In this document: positions 17,475-25,938 of the stretch, piece by piece
Layout: each line of letters starts with the position of its first letter
Position numbering within the stretch: the first letter of the stretch is position 1
Virus record (IMG/VR): IMGVR_UViG_3300033475_000008
Span: 1 to 64,000 of that record
Strand: one strand, 5' to 3'
Source of the DNA: a virus
DNA length: 64,000 nt
The notes under the pieces: model-generated
Seen by the model: the letters and a program-made list of their open reading frames with translations, nothing else
Told to the model about the DNA's origin: nothing
Databases searched by the model: none
Made by a program: the position numbers and the translations under genes

Positions 17475-18203
17475 ATGCCCAAGGGCGTTGATTTTTTGAT
17501 CTTCGGTGAGTACAAGCTTGGCAAGTCCTTCCTGGGAAGCACCGCTCCCAAGCCCATCGTCGTGATCGACGTGGAAGACGGGTCTAGCTTCACCCCGGTT
17601 CGACACGTCGTGTGGGATCCCCGGAACACACCACCCCAGTACGACGGTACCTGGGACGTGGCCATCGTCCACGCCAAGACCTTCAATGACGTGAAGCTGG
17701 TGCAGCAGTGGCTCACCAGTGGGCGTCACCCCTTCCAGTCCGCGGTCCTGGACTCCATCTCTCGGATCCAGCAGCTGGCCATCGAGGAGATCGCGAACGG
17801 TCGCAAGATGGAGCAGCAGGACTGGGGCGAGCTCCTTCGTCAGTTCACCAACATGATCAACGAACTGAAGAACCTCAAGACCCACCCGACCAAGCCGCTG
17901 GACTCGCTGGTCGTGATCGCTATGGCCAAGGAAGGTCACAACGGCAAGTTGCGTCCACTCGTTCAGGGACAGCTCAGTGAGTTCCTGCCTTACATGTTCG
18001 ACGTCGTAGCGTGTCTCGACCTCGCGGTCAACGAGCATGGTGAGGCAGTGCGACGACTCTACGTGGACCCGCACCCCAACTACGTAACAGGACAGCGAGT
18101 CGCTGGAGCTCTTGGTCCGTGGGTAGACAACGCGTCCATCGAGAAGATGGTACAGACGGTCCGAGAGTACCTGGACCGCGTCAACCAGCAGCAGCACTCT
18201 TGA
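17475..18203 (+). CDS. AAA-family ATPase (Sak4-like recombination protein)
   Basis: LIFGEYKLGKS Walker A, D.E.G, VLDSIS; sits between a nuclease and an SSB. Confidence 0.8.
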   Translation: MPKGVDFLIFGEYKLGKSFLGSTAPKPIVVIDVEDGSSFTPVRHVVWDPRNTPPQYDGTWDVAIVHAKTFNDVKLVQQWLTSGRHPFQSAVLDSISRIQQLAIEEIANGRKMEQQDWGELLRQFTNMINELKNLKTHPTKPLDSLVVIAMAKEGHNGKLRPLVQGQLSEFLPYMFDVVACLDLAVNEHGEAVRRLYVDPHPNYVTGQRVAGALGPWVDNASIEKMVQTVREYLDRVNQQQHS

Positions 18204-18237
18204 CATATCTGAACACAAGTAGACACAGAGGCACACC

Positions 18238-18846
18238 GTGGCAGAGTTCAACTGGGCAGACCTGGCGGCAGCGGCAGCAGAGGCAGGGTTCGGTGGTCCC
18301 ATCCCCAACGGTTCCTACCGACTGAGGGTATCGAAGGCCGAGGTCACCAAGACCAAGGACAACAGCAAGCAGAAGATCGCTGTTCAGTTCAAGGTGATGG
18401 AGGGACCCCACGCCGGGACCGTCCTCTTCAACGACTTCGTGATCAGTCCGGAGAACCCGAAGGCCCTGGGCTACTTCTTCCGAGACATGAAGACCCTCGG
18501 TTTCGGTGACGACTACTTCGCCACCAACCCGCCACTGGCTCGCGTGGCCGGTGAGATGGTGGATCGAGAGGTGACCGGCCTCGTCGGTACTCGGGAGTGG
18601 CAGGGTCAGGAGAAGAACGAGATCCAGCGGATCCGCCCCGTGACAGGTGCGGTGACCACTGCTTCTCTGCCTCAATCAGCTCCGATGGCTCCGATGGCTC
18701 CTCCCATGGCTCCGGTAGCGCCTCAGCAGGTTCCCAGCCAGCCTGCCGTCCCGATGACTCAGGTCGCCAGTGAGACACCCACCGTCCCTCAGCCCGCTAC
18801 TCCTCAGCCTACCAACGACGCACCGCCGATCATGCCGTCATTTTGA
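18238..18846 (+). CDS. DUF669-like single-stranded DNA-binding protein
   Basis: PIPNGSY...V.EGPHAG..LF; Pro-rich tail ending in F. Confidence 0.75.
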   Translation: MAEFNWADLAAAAAEAGFGGPIPNGSYRLRVSKAEVTKTKDNSKQKIAVQFKVMEGPHAGTVLFNDFVISPENPKALGYFFRDMKTLGFGDDYFATNPPLARVAGEMVDREVTGLVGTREWQGQEKNEIQRIRPVTGAVTTASLPQSAPMAPMAPPMAPVAPQQVPSQPAVPMTQVASETPTVPQPATPQPTNDAPPIMPSF

Positions 18847-18866
18847 TCAGATGAGAGAAGAGTGAG

Positions 18867-19433
18867 ATGCAGTACGTGAACGAGCACGGCCACACCCGGG
18901 GACTTCCCTGGCTCTACGAGCAGGAGAAGTATCAGCAGGAGACCTACGGGGTGGACTTCACGGAGTTCGACGATGACCCCGACAAGCTCACTGCCTACAC
19001 CACCATGAACCTCAACGCGGCCTTCCTGGAGCTCGCGGAGGCTCAGGCTGAGACTCCGTGGAAGCCGTGGGCCCAGGTGGATAAGGACGAGGTGTGGAAC
19101 CGAAACCGGGACCGCTTCGTCGGCGAGGTCGTAGACGTGCTCTTCTTCCTGGCCAACGCCCTGGTCGCGGTAGGGTGCACGGACCAAGAGCTGGCTGAGC
19201 GTTACGCCGAGAAGATGACCATCAATCGCAACCGGCAAGTTGACGGCTACGACGGGTTCAGCAGTAAGTGCCCGTCATGTCACCGGGCTCTGGATGAGGG
19301 TGACCAAGAGAAGCAGGTGACCTTCGGGGTGACTGTCTACTGCTCTGAGGACTGCTTCACCGGTAGCGTGGAGACCGAGACCGTCGTGGCTCTAGACGAC
19401 GACGGTGGAGACCTGCAGGCGGTGGCAGCGTGA
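18867..19433 (+). CDS. all-alpha NTP pyrophosphatase (dimeric dUTPase/dCTPase-like) with C-terminal Zn motif
   Basis: ELAE...PWKPW...EVVDVLFF...Y.EK..IN..RQ; CPSC...YCSEDC. Confidence 0.8.
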   Translation: MQYVNEHGHTRGLPWLYEQEKYQQETYGVDFTEFDDDPDKLTAYTTMNLNAAFLELAEAQAETPWKPWAQVDKDEVWNRNRDRFVGEVVDVLFFLANALVAVGCTDQELAERYAEKMTINRNRQVDGYDGFSSKCPSCHRALDEGDQEKQVTFGVTVYCSEDCFTGSVETETVVALDDDGGDLQAVAA

Positions 19434-20464
19434 GAATCCTCGTCACAGGTACCACCAAGCAACAGATCGGTGGCGGCACTCAACTGGGTTACGAGCCAGT
19501 CGCTGACCTGTTCGTGAAGGGGCTCAGGTTCAACCCCGAGTGGCAGGTGGAGCACCGGCTCGCGGAGATCGGTGAGGTCATCACTGACTACGACGCGGTC
19601 TTCGTCGGCCTGGTGCCGCCCCTGTCCATCGCGTCGCATTACCTCTACGCGGCGCTGAACACGATCCACCAGTGCGAGACCCAGGGAATCCCACTGATAC
19701 TCTACGTGGATGACTGGGCGTTCCCCAGCATGATCGGGAAGCTCAAGACCGCGGTGAAGAACCCGGAGCACCTGACCAAGCCGTTCTTCGAGCGTCGGTA
19801 CGGTCACGAGTGGGCCGTAGTGCATCGGGACCTGCTGGTCGGTGTCTTGGAGCGTCTGCTGGAGCAGACGTGGCCGCCCACGGTGATCCCTGCCTTCACG
19901 TGGGGTGACCACCAGGTACTGCAGGATCGACTTCCCATGGTCCAGCGGGCGGTGTTCGTGGACCCGAGTCTGTTTGCTCGCGGCTACGCCGTTCACCCGG
20001 TACCACCTGAGGACAAGCAGCGTCAGTGGGTGTTGGGCACGGTGTCAGACCAGCGGACGTGGCTCGGGAAGCAGCAACTGGGTTGGGACGTCCGCTACAT
20101 CGGGTCTCGTTCCAGCAAGGCCACGGAGAAGATGCAGGAACAGGACTTGGTGGCGCTGTACGCGAAGAGTTGGGGGGTGCTCAGTCCACCCTACAAGCAG
20201 ATCCTCGGCACCGGCTGGTGGCGGAACCGCTTCGTGTACACCTCCTGGATGAGGTCCATCCTGTTCTGTGACCCAGGTGAGGCACCGCAGCTCGGTGGGG
20301 CCTTCCAGCTCAACCCACTGGAGGTCAGTGAGATGAGCGTTCGCGACCTGGCCAACGTCGCTGACTGGCAGTGGCGAGAGCAGGCGCAGCGGATGATGTC
20401 ACGTGATCGGGTTCACCAGACTCTCCGCGACGCTATCACGGCCTCGATGGAGCGAGTCGCGTGA
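19430..20464 (+). CDS. GT-B type glycosyltransferase, putative DNA base glycosyltransferase
   Basis: MRILVTG start, YDAVFVG, YVDDW, LY.KSWGVL.PPY, GWWRNRF; translationally coupled between the dNTPase and UGM. Confidence 0.6.
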   Translation: MRILVTGTTKQQIGGGTQLGYEPVADLFVKGLRFNPEWQVEHRLAEIGEVITDYDAVFVGLVPPLSIASHYLYAALNTIHQCETQGIPLILYVDDWAFPSMIGKLKTAVKNPEHLTKPFFERRYGHEWAVVHRDLLVGVLERLLEQTWPPTVIPAFTWGDHQVLQDRLPMVQRAVFVDPSLFARGYAVHPVPPEDKQRQWVLGTVSDQRTWLGKQQLGWDVRYIGSRSSKATEKMQEQDLVALYAKSWGVLSPPYKQILGTGWWRNRFVYTSWMRSILFCDPGEAPQLGGAFQLNPLEVSEMSVRDLANVADWQWREQAQRMMSRDRVHQTLRDAITASMERVA

Positions 20465-21579
20465 CGCAGCAAACGTGCGTGGTCGTAGGCGCCGGGTTGA
20501 CCGGCGCCTGCGCCGCGTGGTGGCTGAACCAACACGGGTGGCACGTCGAGGTTCATGAGGCTACTCACCAGGTGGGTGGCAACTTGCGGGTAGCCTACCT
20601 CAACGGCGTGCCCTATGAGCCACACGGTCCCCACATCTTTCACACCAGTAGCCGCGAGGCTTACACGGTGATGCGTGATCACTCCCACCTGAACAACTAC
20701 AAGCACCACGTACTCACGCAGCTCCCAGACGGTCGTCACCTCACGTGGCCCCTGCAACTTGAGGAGCTTCAAGCTCTCCCTGAGTGGCCCAAGATCGCAG
20801 CTGAGCTGGACGCTCTCTCTGGGAAGCCAGAGGGAAACAACTTTGAGGCCTACGCGGTCAGTCTGATGGGTCGCACCCTCTATGAGTGGTGCTGTGAGGG
20901 ATACACGTGGAAGCAGTGGGGTCAGGACCCGAAGACCCTGGCTGCGTCTTTCGCTCCAAAGCGCCTGGACCTGCGTAGCGACGGTCGACGCGAGATGTTC
21001 CGGAACACGTGGGAAGGCTACAACACGCAGGGATGGCACGTTACCGTGAACCACCTCCTCCGTGGGATCACGGTCTACACAGACTCACCACTCACCTTGA
21101 GCACGTTGCCAGCCGCTGACGCCTACGTGGTCACTGCCCCCCTGGATCAGTTCCTGGAGGTGGACCAAGAACTACCGTGGCGCGGAGTCCGAACCGTGGC
21201 TGAGTACGTCCCCACCAACGGTGGCTTCCACTTGCCGGCACCCGTGGTGAACCGCCCTGACCAGGACGTCCAGTTCACCCGACAGGTGGAGACCAGTCAG
21301 ATGGCGTGGCACGACGCAGATCCACGTGACGTTCGCAGTGTCGGTGGTACGGTGGTGTGCACGGAGTACCCAGGTGAACCCGTGAAGCACTACCCGGTGG
21401 ATGACGTGGACGGGCGCAACCGGCATGATCACCGCACCCTGGTGACCATGTTGAGGATGCTAGAACCGCGAGCCGTGTTGGCTGGCAGGCTCGCGAATTA
21501 TGTATACATTGACATGGACCAAGCGATCATGCAGGGTCTCAACGCGGCCCGGCAGATCCTCCGGGGGACCAGAGAGTAG
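20461..21579 (+). CDS. glf: UDP-galactopyranose mutase
   Basis: VVGAGLTG FAD motif, E....GGN, HGPHIFHT, GYT.KQWG, EYP, YYP-like HYP, GRLA.Y.YIDMDQAI. Confidence 0.9.
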   Translation: MTQQTCVVVGAGLTGACAAWWLNQHGWHVEVHEATHQVGGNLRVAYLNGVPYEPHGPHIFHTSSREAYTVMRDHSHLNNYKHHVLTQLPDGRHLTWPLQLEELQALPEWPKIAAELDALSGKPEGNNFEAYAVSLMGRTLYEWCCEGYTWKQWGQDPKTLAASFAPKRLDLRSDGRREMFRNTWEGYNTQGWHVTVNHLLRGITVYTDSPLTLSTLPAADAYVVTAPLDQFLEVDQELPWRGVRTVAEYVPTNGGFHLPAPVVNRPDQDVQFTRQVETSQMAWHDADPRDVRSVGGTVVCTEYPGEPVKHYPVDDVDGRNRHDHRTLVTMLRMLEPRAVLAGRLANYVYIDMDQAIMQGLNAARQILRGTRE

Positions 21580-23697
21580 GTGCGTATGGGGTGGAACCCG
21601 ATGAAGGTGGACCTGTCAGATCTCACCGGTCTGCAGGCACCACTGCGAGCAGTGGACGTGCACGGTTTCGGTGGTGGCTTCACCGCCGGAGCCGTGCGCG
21701 CTGGCTTTCAGCTGGTGGGAAAGCGGGAAGGACCAGGTGGATTCGGGGTCTCCCTCTTCGAGGCTAACCGGGCCCTACTCGGTGACCAGTGGAAGGCTCA
21801 GGCCTGCGACGCCAAGGAGTGGGAACCGGTCGCCGCTGACGTGGTGATCGGTACCCCGCCTTGCACCGCGTTCAGCAACATGTCAGCCGGGTTCAGTGAT
21901 CGCGGTGCTGACGCGGCCATCAACCACTGCATGTGGGACCTCATCCGCTACGCCGCCAAGGTCAAGCCAGGCGTAGTGGTCATGGAATCTGTGGCTGGTG
22001 CCTACACGAAGGGTCTTCCTCTCATGGAGGCCCTCAGAGTGGAACTATGTGAGCGGTCTGGTCTCATGTACCGAGCCACTCACGTGTTGCAGAACAACCT
22101 CAGTCTGGGTGGCTGCACCAACCGGAAACGCTACTTCTTGGTGCTCAGTCAGGTACCATTCGGGGTAGAGTCCGCGAACCTGCACTGGTTGCCGACTGTG
22201 GGTGACGCGATCAGTGACCTCAGCGACCTGCAACTGGGCTGGGAGAGCCAGCACGTGGACGCGGCACCCACCTGGTGGTCTGCCAGTATGCGCACCGCCG
22301 ATCACACCGTGGACGGTCACCAGACACCTCGATCCAACCACGGTGACCGGCTCACGGACCTGGTGACCCCACCTGACGGGGTGAGCTGGGAACCGGGTGA
22401 CCGGGTGGCTGACGTGTTGCAACGCTACTACGCTCAACACGAGCGCCTCCCAGAGTCCTGGCGCTACCAGTTCAAGGGACGTCGTGACAAGTCACTGCCT
22501 CCGATCACGCGAGAAGAGCAGTTGGTCACACGCGGCATGGACCCAGGTGGGTTTGGACAGACCCGGTACTGGCCGTGGGACCAACCAGGTAGTGTGATCA
22601 ACGGTGCGGGTCCACACATGATCTGGCACCCCAGCAACCGCATCGCGACGCATCGCGAGGTGGCTCGACTCATGGGCTTCCCAGACGAGTGGCGAGTCGG
22701 TTCTGCCGCTGAGGACAAGCAGCTTCACATGTTCTGGGGTAAGGGCACGTCAGTGCACCCAGCGTGGTGGATCATGACCTGGGCGCGAGAGTCACTGCTG
22801 GGTCACCCGGGTGAGAAGGTCGGGGACGAACTTCCTGACGGTAGTCGACTCGTGGACGTGTCAGGAGACTGGCGTCCCGTGGCTCGGAAGCAGTGGGGCC
22901 AGGAAGTGGAGACGGAGGGCGTTACTCGAGAGAAGAAGACACGCGGGATCCGACAGAGTCGCGGTCCTCGAGTTCCACGAGTGCGGCCCGCTGTGCCAGA
23001 GGGCTTCCAGATGCGGGAGAGCGACCACTACTGCGTGGACGAGGTCTTCGTGCGTCGAGTGTACAGGCAGCTCAAGCTCTCGTCTGTGGACATTGTCCTG
23101 GACCTAGGCGCCCACGTTGGCGCGTTCACACGGTGGGCGAGAGACCAGGGAGCAGGTGCCGTGCACGCCGTGGAGATGATGCCAGAGACCCTGGAGTACC
23201 TGGTCAAGAACACCGAGAGTGACGAACGCGTTCACGTGCTCCACGGTGCGGTCAGCGGTCAAGAGTGTGACCAGGACGGTATGGTGCAGGCTGTACTACA
23301 CTCTCGTGGCAACCCGATGGGTGCCTTCGTGAACGGGACCCGGAAGACCCTCGGTGAGGGGATCAAGGCTCAGGCGTACCGCGTGGTAGAGGTACCGGCT
23401 ATCAGCATGTTGGCACTGCTGCACGAGATCCACCCCACGATCATCAAGTTCGACATCGAGACCAGTGAGTACGACGTGATCACACCCTGGGCGAGCACCA
23501 TCCGAGGTTACGGCGTCAAGCAGCTCATCGGCGAGCATCACGTGATGACACCTGAGCTGGTGCAAAAGGCGCAGGAGCTGCACGCGTCACTGGTAGCCCA
23601 GGGCTACGTGGCCAGTCGACCAGCTCCGACGGTCCCCAGCAACTGGGGAACAGTGATCTACTACACGCTCCCCGACGACGAAACGCCTGATCAGTGA
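21580..23697 (+). CDS. divergent DNA cytosine-C5 methyltransferase fused to a FkbM-family methyltransferase
   Basis: N-part DVHGFGGG, GTPPCTAFS, VMESV, RKRYF, REVARLMGFPD; C-part VLDLGAHVGAF, AVE, IIKFDIE.SE. Confidence 0.8.
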   Translation: MRMGWNPMKVDLSDLTGLQAPLRAVDVHGFGGGFTAGAVRAGFQLVGKREGPGGFGVSLFEANRALLGDQWKAQACDAKEWEPVAADVVIGTPPCTAFSNMSAGFSDRGADAAINHCMWDLIRYAAKVKPGVVVMESVAGAYTKGLPLMEALRVELCERSGLMYRATHVLQNNLSLGGCTNRKRYFLVLSQVPFGVESANLHWLPTVGDAISDLSDLQLGWESQHVDAAPTWWSASMRTADHTVDGHQTPRSNHGDRLTDLVTPPDGVSWEPGDRVADVLQRYYAQHERLPESWRYQFKGRRDKSLPPITREEQLVTRGMDPGGFGQTRYWPWDQPGSVINGAGPHMIWHPSNRIATHREVARLMGFPDEWRVGSAAEDKQLHMFWGKGTSVHPAWWIMTWARESLLGHPGEKVGDELPDGSRLVDVSGDWRPVARKQWGQEVETEGVTREKKTRGIRQSRGPRVPRVRPAVPEGFQMRESDHYCVDEVFVRRVYRQLKLSSVDIVLDLGAHVGAFTRWARDQGAGAVHAVEMMPETLEYLVKNTESDERVHVLHGAVSGQECDQDGMVQAVLHSRGNPMGAFVNGTRKTLGEGIKAQAYRVVEVPAISMLALLHEIHPTIIKFDIETSEYDVITPWASTIRGYGVKQLIGEHHVMTPELVQKAQELHASLVAQGYVASRPAPTVPSNWGTVIYYTLPDDETPDQ

Positions 23698-23723
23698 CCT
23701 GTCGAAGATTTTTTACATATGGT

Positions 23724-23754
23724 GTTTACATGCGCTGCTCGGTAGGTATATAGT
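23724..23754 (+). promoter_or_regulatory. promoter of the tRNA array
   Basis: TTTACA-18 nt-TATAGT followed by leader AGCAGGACAGCAGGAA. Confidence 0.7.
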
Positions 23755-23804
23755 AGCTACCAGCAGGACAGCAGGAACCACCGGGGAGACCCGGTGGATC
23801 CGGT

Positions 23805-23875
23805 GCCGAAGTGGTCTAACGGTATGACGCCTGGCTTCCAACCAGACGACGCGGGTTCGACTCCCGTCTTCGGTT
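23805..23875 (+). tRNA. tRNA-Gly(TCC)
   Basis: Cloverleaf; loop CT-TCC-AA. Confidence 0.9.
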
Positions 23876-23885
23876 CGCACAGTAT

Positions 23886-23962
23886 GGCCCAGAGCCTCAC
23901 TTGACGGTCAAGTGCTCGCCTGCAAAGCGAGTGGCTCTCCAGTTCGACTCTGGTCTGGGTCT
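23886..23962 (+). tRNA. tRNA-Cys(GCA), atypical D arm
   Basis: Loop CT-GCA-AA; D region is the long hairpin CACTTGAC/GTCAAGTG. Confidence 0.75.
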
Positions 23963-23963
23963 C

Positions 23964-24035
23964 GGTCCCATCGTCTATCGGTTAGGATGCTGGATTTTCA
24001 CTCCAGCGGACGGAGTTCGACTCTCCGTGGGACTA
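23964..24035 (+). tRNA. tRNA-Glu(TTC)
   Basis: Cloverleaf; loop TT-TTC-AC. Confidence 0.9.
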
Positions 24036-24046
24036 CGCAAGAGCAT

Positions 24047-24119
24047 GGTCGAGTGGAGTAGCGGTTATCTCGTCTCCCTCTCAAGGAGAAGATCGCGGGT
24101 TCAAATCCCGTCTCGACTA
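24047..24119 (+). tRNA. tRNA-Glu(CTC)
   Basis: Cloverleaf; loop CT-CTC-AA. Confidence 0.9.
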
Positions 24120-24169
24120 CGCAAGCTGGAACCTAGGCCGGCGCGCGAAAGGGAACCTGATCAGTTCCT

Positions 24170-24236
24170 GGGACTGAGGTGTAGTGCACAGCCGCCTGAT
24201 GGGTGGCGGGGGTCGGAGCGGAACCGGCCAGTCCAC
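24170..24236 (+). ncRNA. highly divergent tRNA-like RNA (GAT loop, non-canonical T loop)
   Basis: GGACTG/CAGTCC; GCCGC-CTGATGG-GTGGC; GTCGG-AGCGGAA-CCGGC. Confidence 0.5.
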
Positions 24237-24247
24237 GTAGTATCGAT

Positions 24248-24321
24248 GGTGTGTTAGCTCAGTTGGTTAGAGCGCTGCCCTGTCAAGGCAGAGGTCGCGG
24301 GTTCAAGTCCCGTACATACCG
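24248..24321 (+). tRNA. tRNA-Asp(GTC)
   Basis: Cloverleaf; loop CT-GTC-AA. Confidence 0.92.
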
Positions 24322-24405
24322 CGCAGGGGTGGGTCAAGCCGGCTGGCACCGGTGATGACGACTATGCCAGTAGTTCCGGACCACCCGGTCCGGTCACCCC
24401 GTTAA

Positions 24406-24478
24406 CCTCCTGTAGAGCAGCTAGGAGTGCTCGTCACCTCGGCGGTGAAGGTCGTGGGTTCAAGTCCCACCAGGAGTG
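24406..24478 (+). tRNA. atypical tRNA (Pro-CGG-like, anticodon arm 2 nt short)
   Basis: Acceptor, D and T arms intact; anticodon arm TCACC-TCGGC-GGTGA. Confidence 0.55.
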
Positions 24479-24489
24479 CGTAAGATCAT

Positions 24490-24564
24490 GGTACTGTAGC
24501 TCAGATGGTAGAGCGCTCGCCTGAAAAGCGAGAGGATTCGGCGGTTCGAGCCCGTCCGGTACCA
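24490..24564 (+). tRNA. tRNA-Phe(GAA)
   Basis: Cloverleaf; loop CT-GAA-AA. Confidence 0.92.
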
Positions 24565-24615
24565 CGTCGGGGTTGGGAAGCCTCGTGGCGGGTAACCACG
24601 CCCTCCCCGGCTCCA

Positions 24616-24689
24616 GGGGTCGTAGTGTCAAATGGAAGACACACCATGTTCGCAACATGGCAGTCCGAGTTCGAACCTCGGTGACTCCA
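24616..24689 (+). tRNA. tRNA-Ala(CGC)
   Basis: Loop TT-CGC-AA; G3:U70. Confidence 0.9.
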
Positions 24690-24793
24690 CGTTAAGTAGA
24701 TCAATCAATGTCCATGGTAAGTTGATTGAGATCGCTTAGCAGGCGAGTTACGACGCCTAGTGACAAGTGACCACGAGGTCACCGTAACACCAT

Positions 24794-24864
24794 GCGGGTG
24801 TAGTTCAATGGTAGAACAGCCGTCTCCAAAGCGGCCAACGTGGGATCGTTACCTACCGCCCGTG
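24794..24864 (+). tRNA. tRNA-Trp(CCA)
   Basis: Loop CT-CCA-AA; atypical T loop ATCGTTA. Confidence 0.85.
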
Positions 24865-24897
24865 CGCAGTACCACGATTATTGAGAACTGAATCTAT

Positions 24898-24969
24898 GCT
24901 GGAGTAGCACAGTGGTAGCGCACCTTCTTGGTAAGAAGGAGGTCGCGGGTTCGATCCCCGCCTTCAGCT
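24898..24969 (+). tRNA. tRNA-Thr(GGT)
   Basis: Loop TT-GGT-AA. Confidence 0.9.
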
Positions 24970-24974
24970 CGCAA

Positions 24975-25045
24975 GCCCCTATGGCGTAACGGTAGCGTAG
25001 CTGGCTTTTACCCAGCGGGCCCAGGATCAACACCTGGTGGGGGCA
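24975..25045 (+). tRNA. tRNA-Lys(TTT)
   Basis: Loop CT-TTT-AC; atypical T loop ATCAACA. Confidence 0.8.
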
Positions 25046-25168
25046 CGGCGGATGCCTGCGGAAACCCTTACTCCGCTCGGGTGTCGAGAGGCCAACTTGA
25101 GTGATCCGCGTGGCGGCTCTCCTCTTGTAAGATCTTGACACGCTCATAGTAGGTGAGCCCCGCGTTAT

Positions 25169-25244
25169 GGTCCGGTATCCCAACTTGGCAGAGGACTACG
25201 GCTCAGACCCGTAGCATGTGTGGGTTCGAATCCCACTCGGATCA
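25169..25244 (+). tRNA. tRNA-Leu(CAG), short variable loop
   Basis: Loop CT-CAG-AC. Confidence 0.85.
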
Positions 25245-25249
25245 CGTAT

Positions 25250-25323
25250 GGCCTGGTAGCCCAATGGCAGAGGCACGGCACTTAAAACGCCGTCAAGTAG
25301 GGGTTCGACTCCCCTGCAGGTCA
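25250..25323 (+). tRNA. tRNA-Leu(TAA), short variable loop
   Basis: Loop CT-TAA-AA. Confidence 0.85.
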
Positions 25324-25324
25324 C

Positions 25325-25399
25325 GCACTCGTAGCCCAACTGGTAGGAGGCACGACGTTGAGGGCGTCGGTAGTACGGGTTCGAATCCCGTCGGGTGTA
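25325..25399 (+). tRNA. tRNA-Leu(GAG), short variable loop
   Basis: Loop TT-GAG-GG. Confidence 0.85.
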
Positions 25400-25404
25400 C
25401 GCAA

Positions 25405-25477
25405 GCTCCTGTAGCCCAATGGCAGAGGCGACGGTTTCAAAAGCCGTTCAGTGTGGGTTCGAGTCCCACTGGGAGTA
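25405..25477 (+). tRNA. tRNA-Leu(CAA), short variable loop
   Basis: Loop TT-CAA-AA. Confidence 0.85.
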
Positions 25478-25478
25478 C

Positions 25479-25548
25479 GGGTTTGACGCTGAGGTAGCGG
25501 ACTTGCCTTGCAAGCAGGTTGCAGTCGGTTCGATTCCGACCAGATCCA
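25479..25548 (+). tRNA. tRNA-Ala(TGC)
   Basis: Loop CT-TGC-AA; G3:U70; short D arm. Confidence 0.8.
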
Positions 25549-25696
25549 CGCTAGGGCTCCACCAGACGAGATATCCGATGGGCGTGGAAGTGGCTGCATA
25601 TCAGACAACGGGTATGCAGAAACTGAAACCGGATGTGGAGGCAAGCCCAGTGGAACGTGGAATGTCACGGTCCGGGTGTAGAAGAGTCTCGTCGAT

Positions 25697-25769
25697 GGGC
25701 TTGTAGCTCAGCTGGTAGAGCGCCGCCTCGGCAGGGCGGAGGTCCGGGGTTCGAGTCCCCGTTGGTCCA
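25697..25769 (+). tRNA. tRNA-Ala(GGC)
   Basis: Loop TC-GGC-AG (C33); G3:U70; weak acceptor stem. Confidence 0.75.
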
Positions 25770-25782
25770 CGCAGTACAGTAA

Positions 25783-25854
25783 GCCCCTATAACACAGCGG
25801 TCAGTGTAACGGACTCTTAATCCGTGAACCCCGGTTCGAATCCGGGTGGGGGTA
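25783..25854 (+). tRNA. tRNA-Lys(CTT)
   Basis: Loop CT-CTT-AA. Confidence 0.9.
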
Positions 25855-25864
25855 CGCAAGTCAA

Positions 25865-25938
25865 TGGGGTGTAGCTCAGCCGGTTAGAGCACCACGCTGA
25901 TAACGTGGCGGTCGGTGGTTCAAGTCCACTCATCCCAA
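25865..25938 (+). tRNA. tRNA-Ile(GAT)
   Basis: Loop CT-GAT-AA. Confidence 0.92.

Noticed and set aside
19430-21579. Host cell-wall galactan locus, meaning the window is bacterial chromosome
   Set aside because: Genes are coupled to phage nucleotide-metabolism genes and the whole window has phage organisation with no housekeeping synteny
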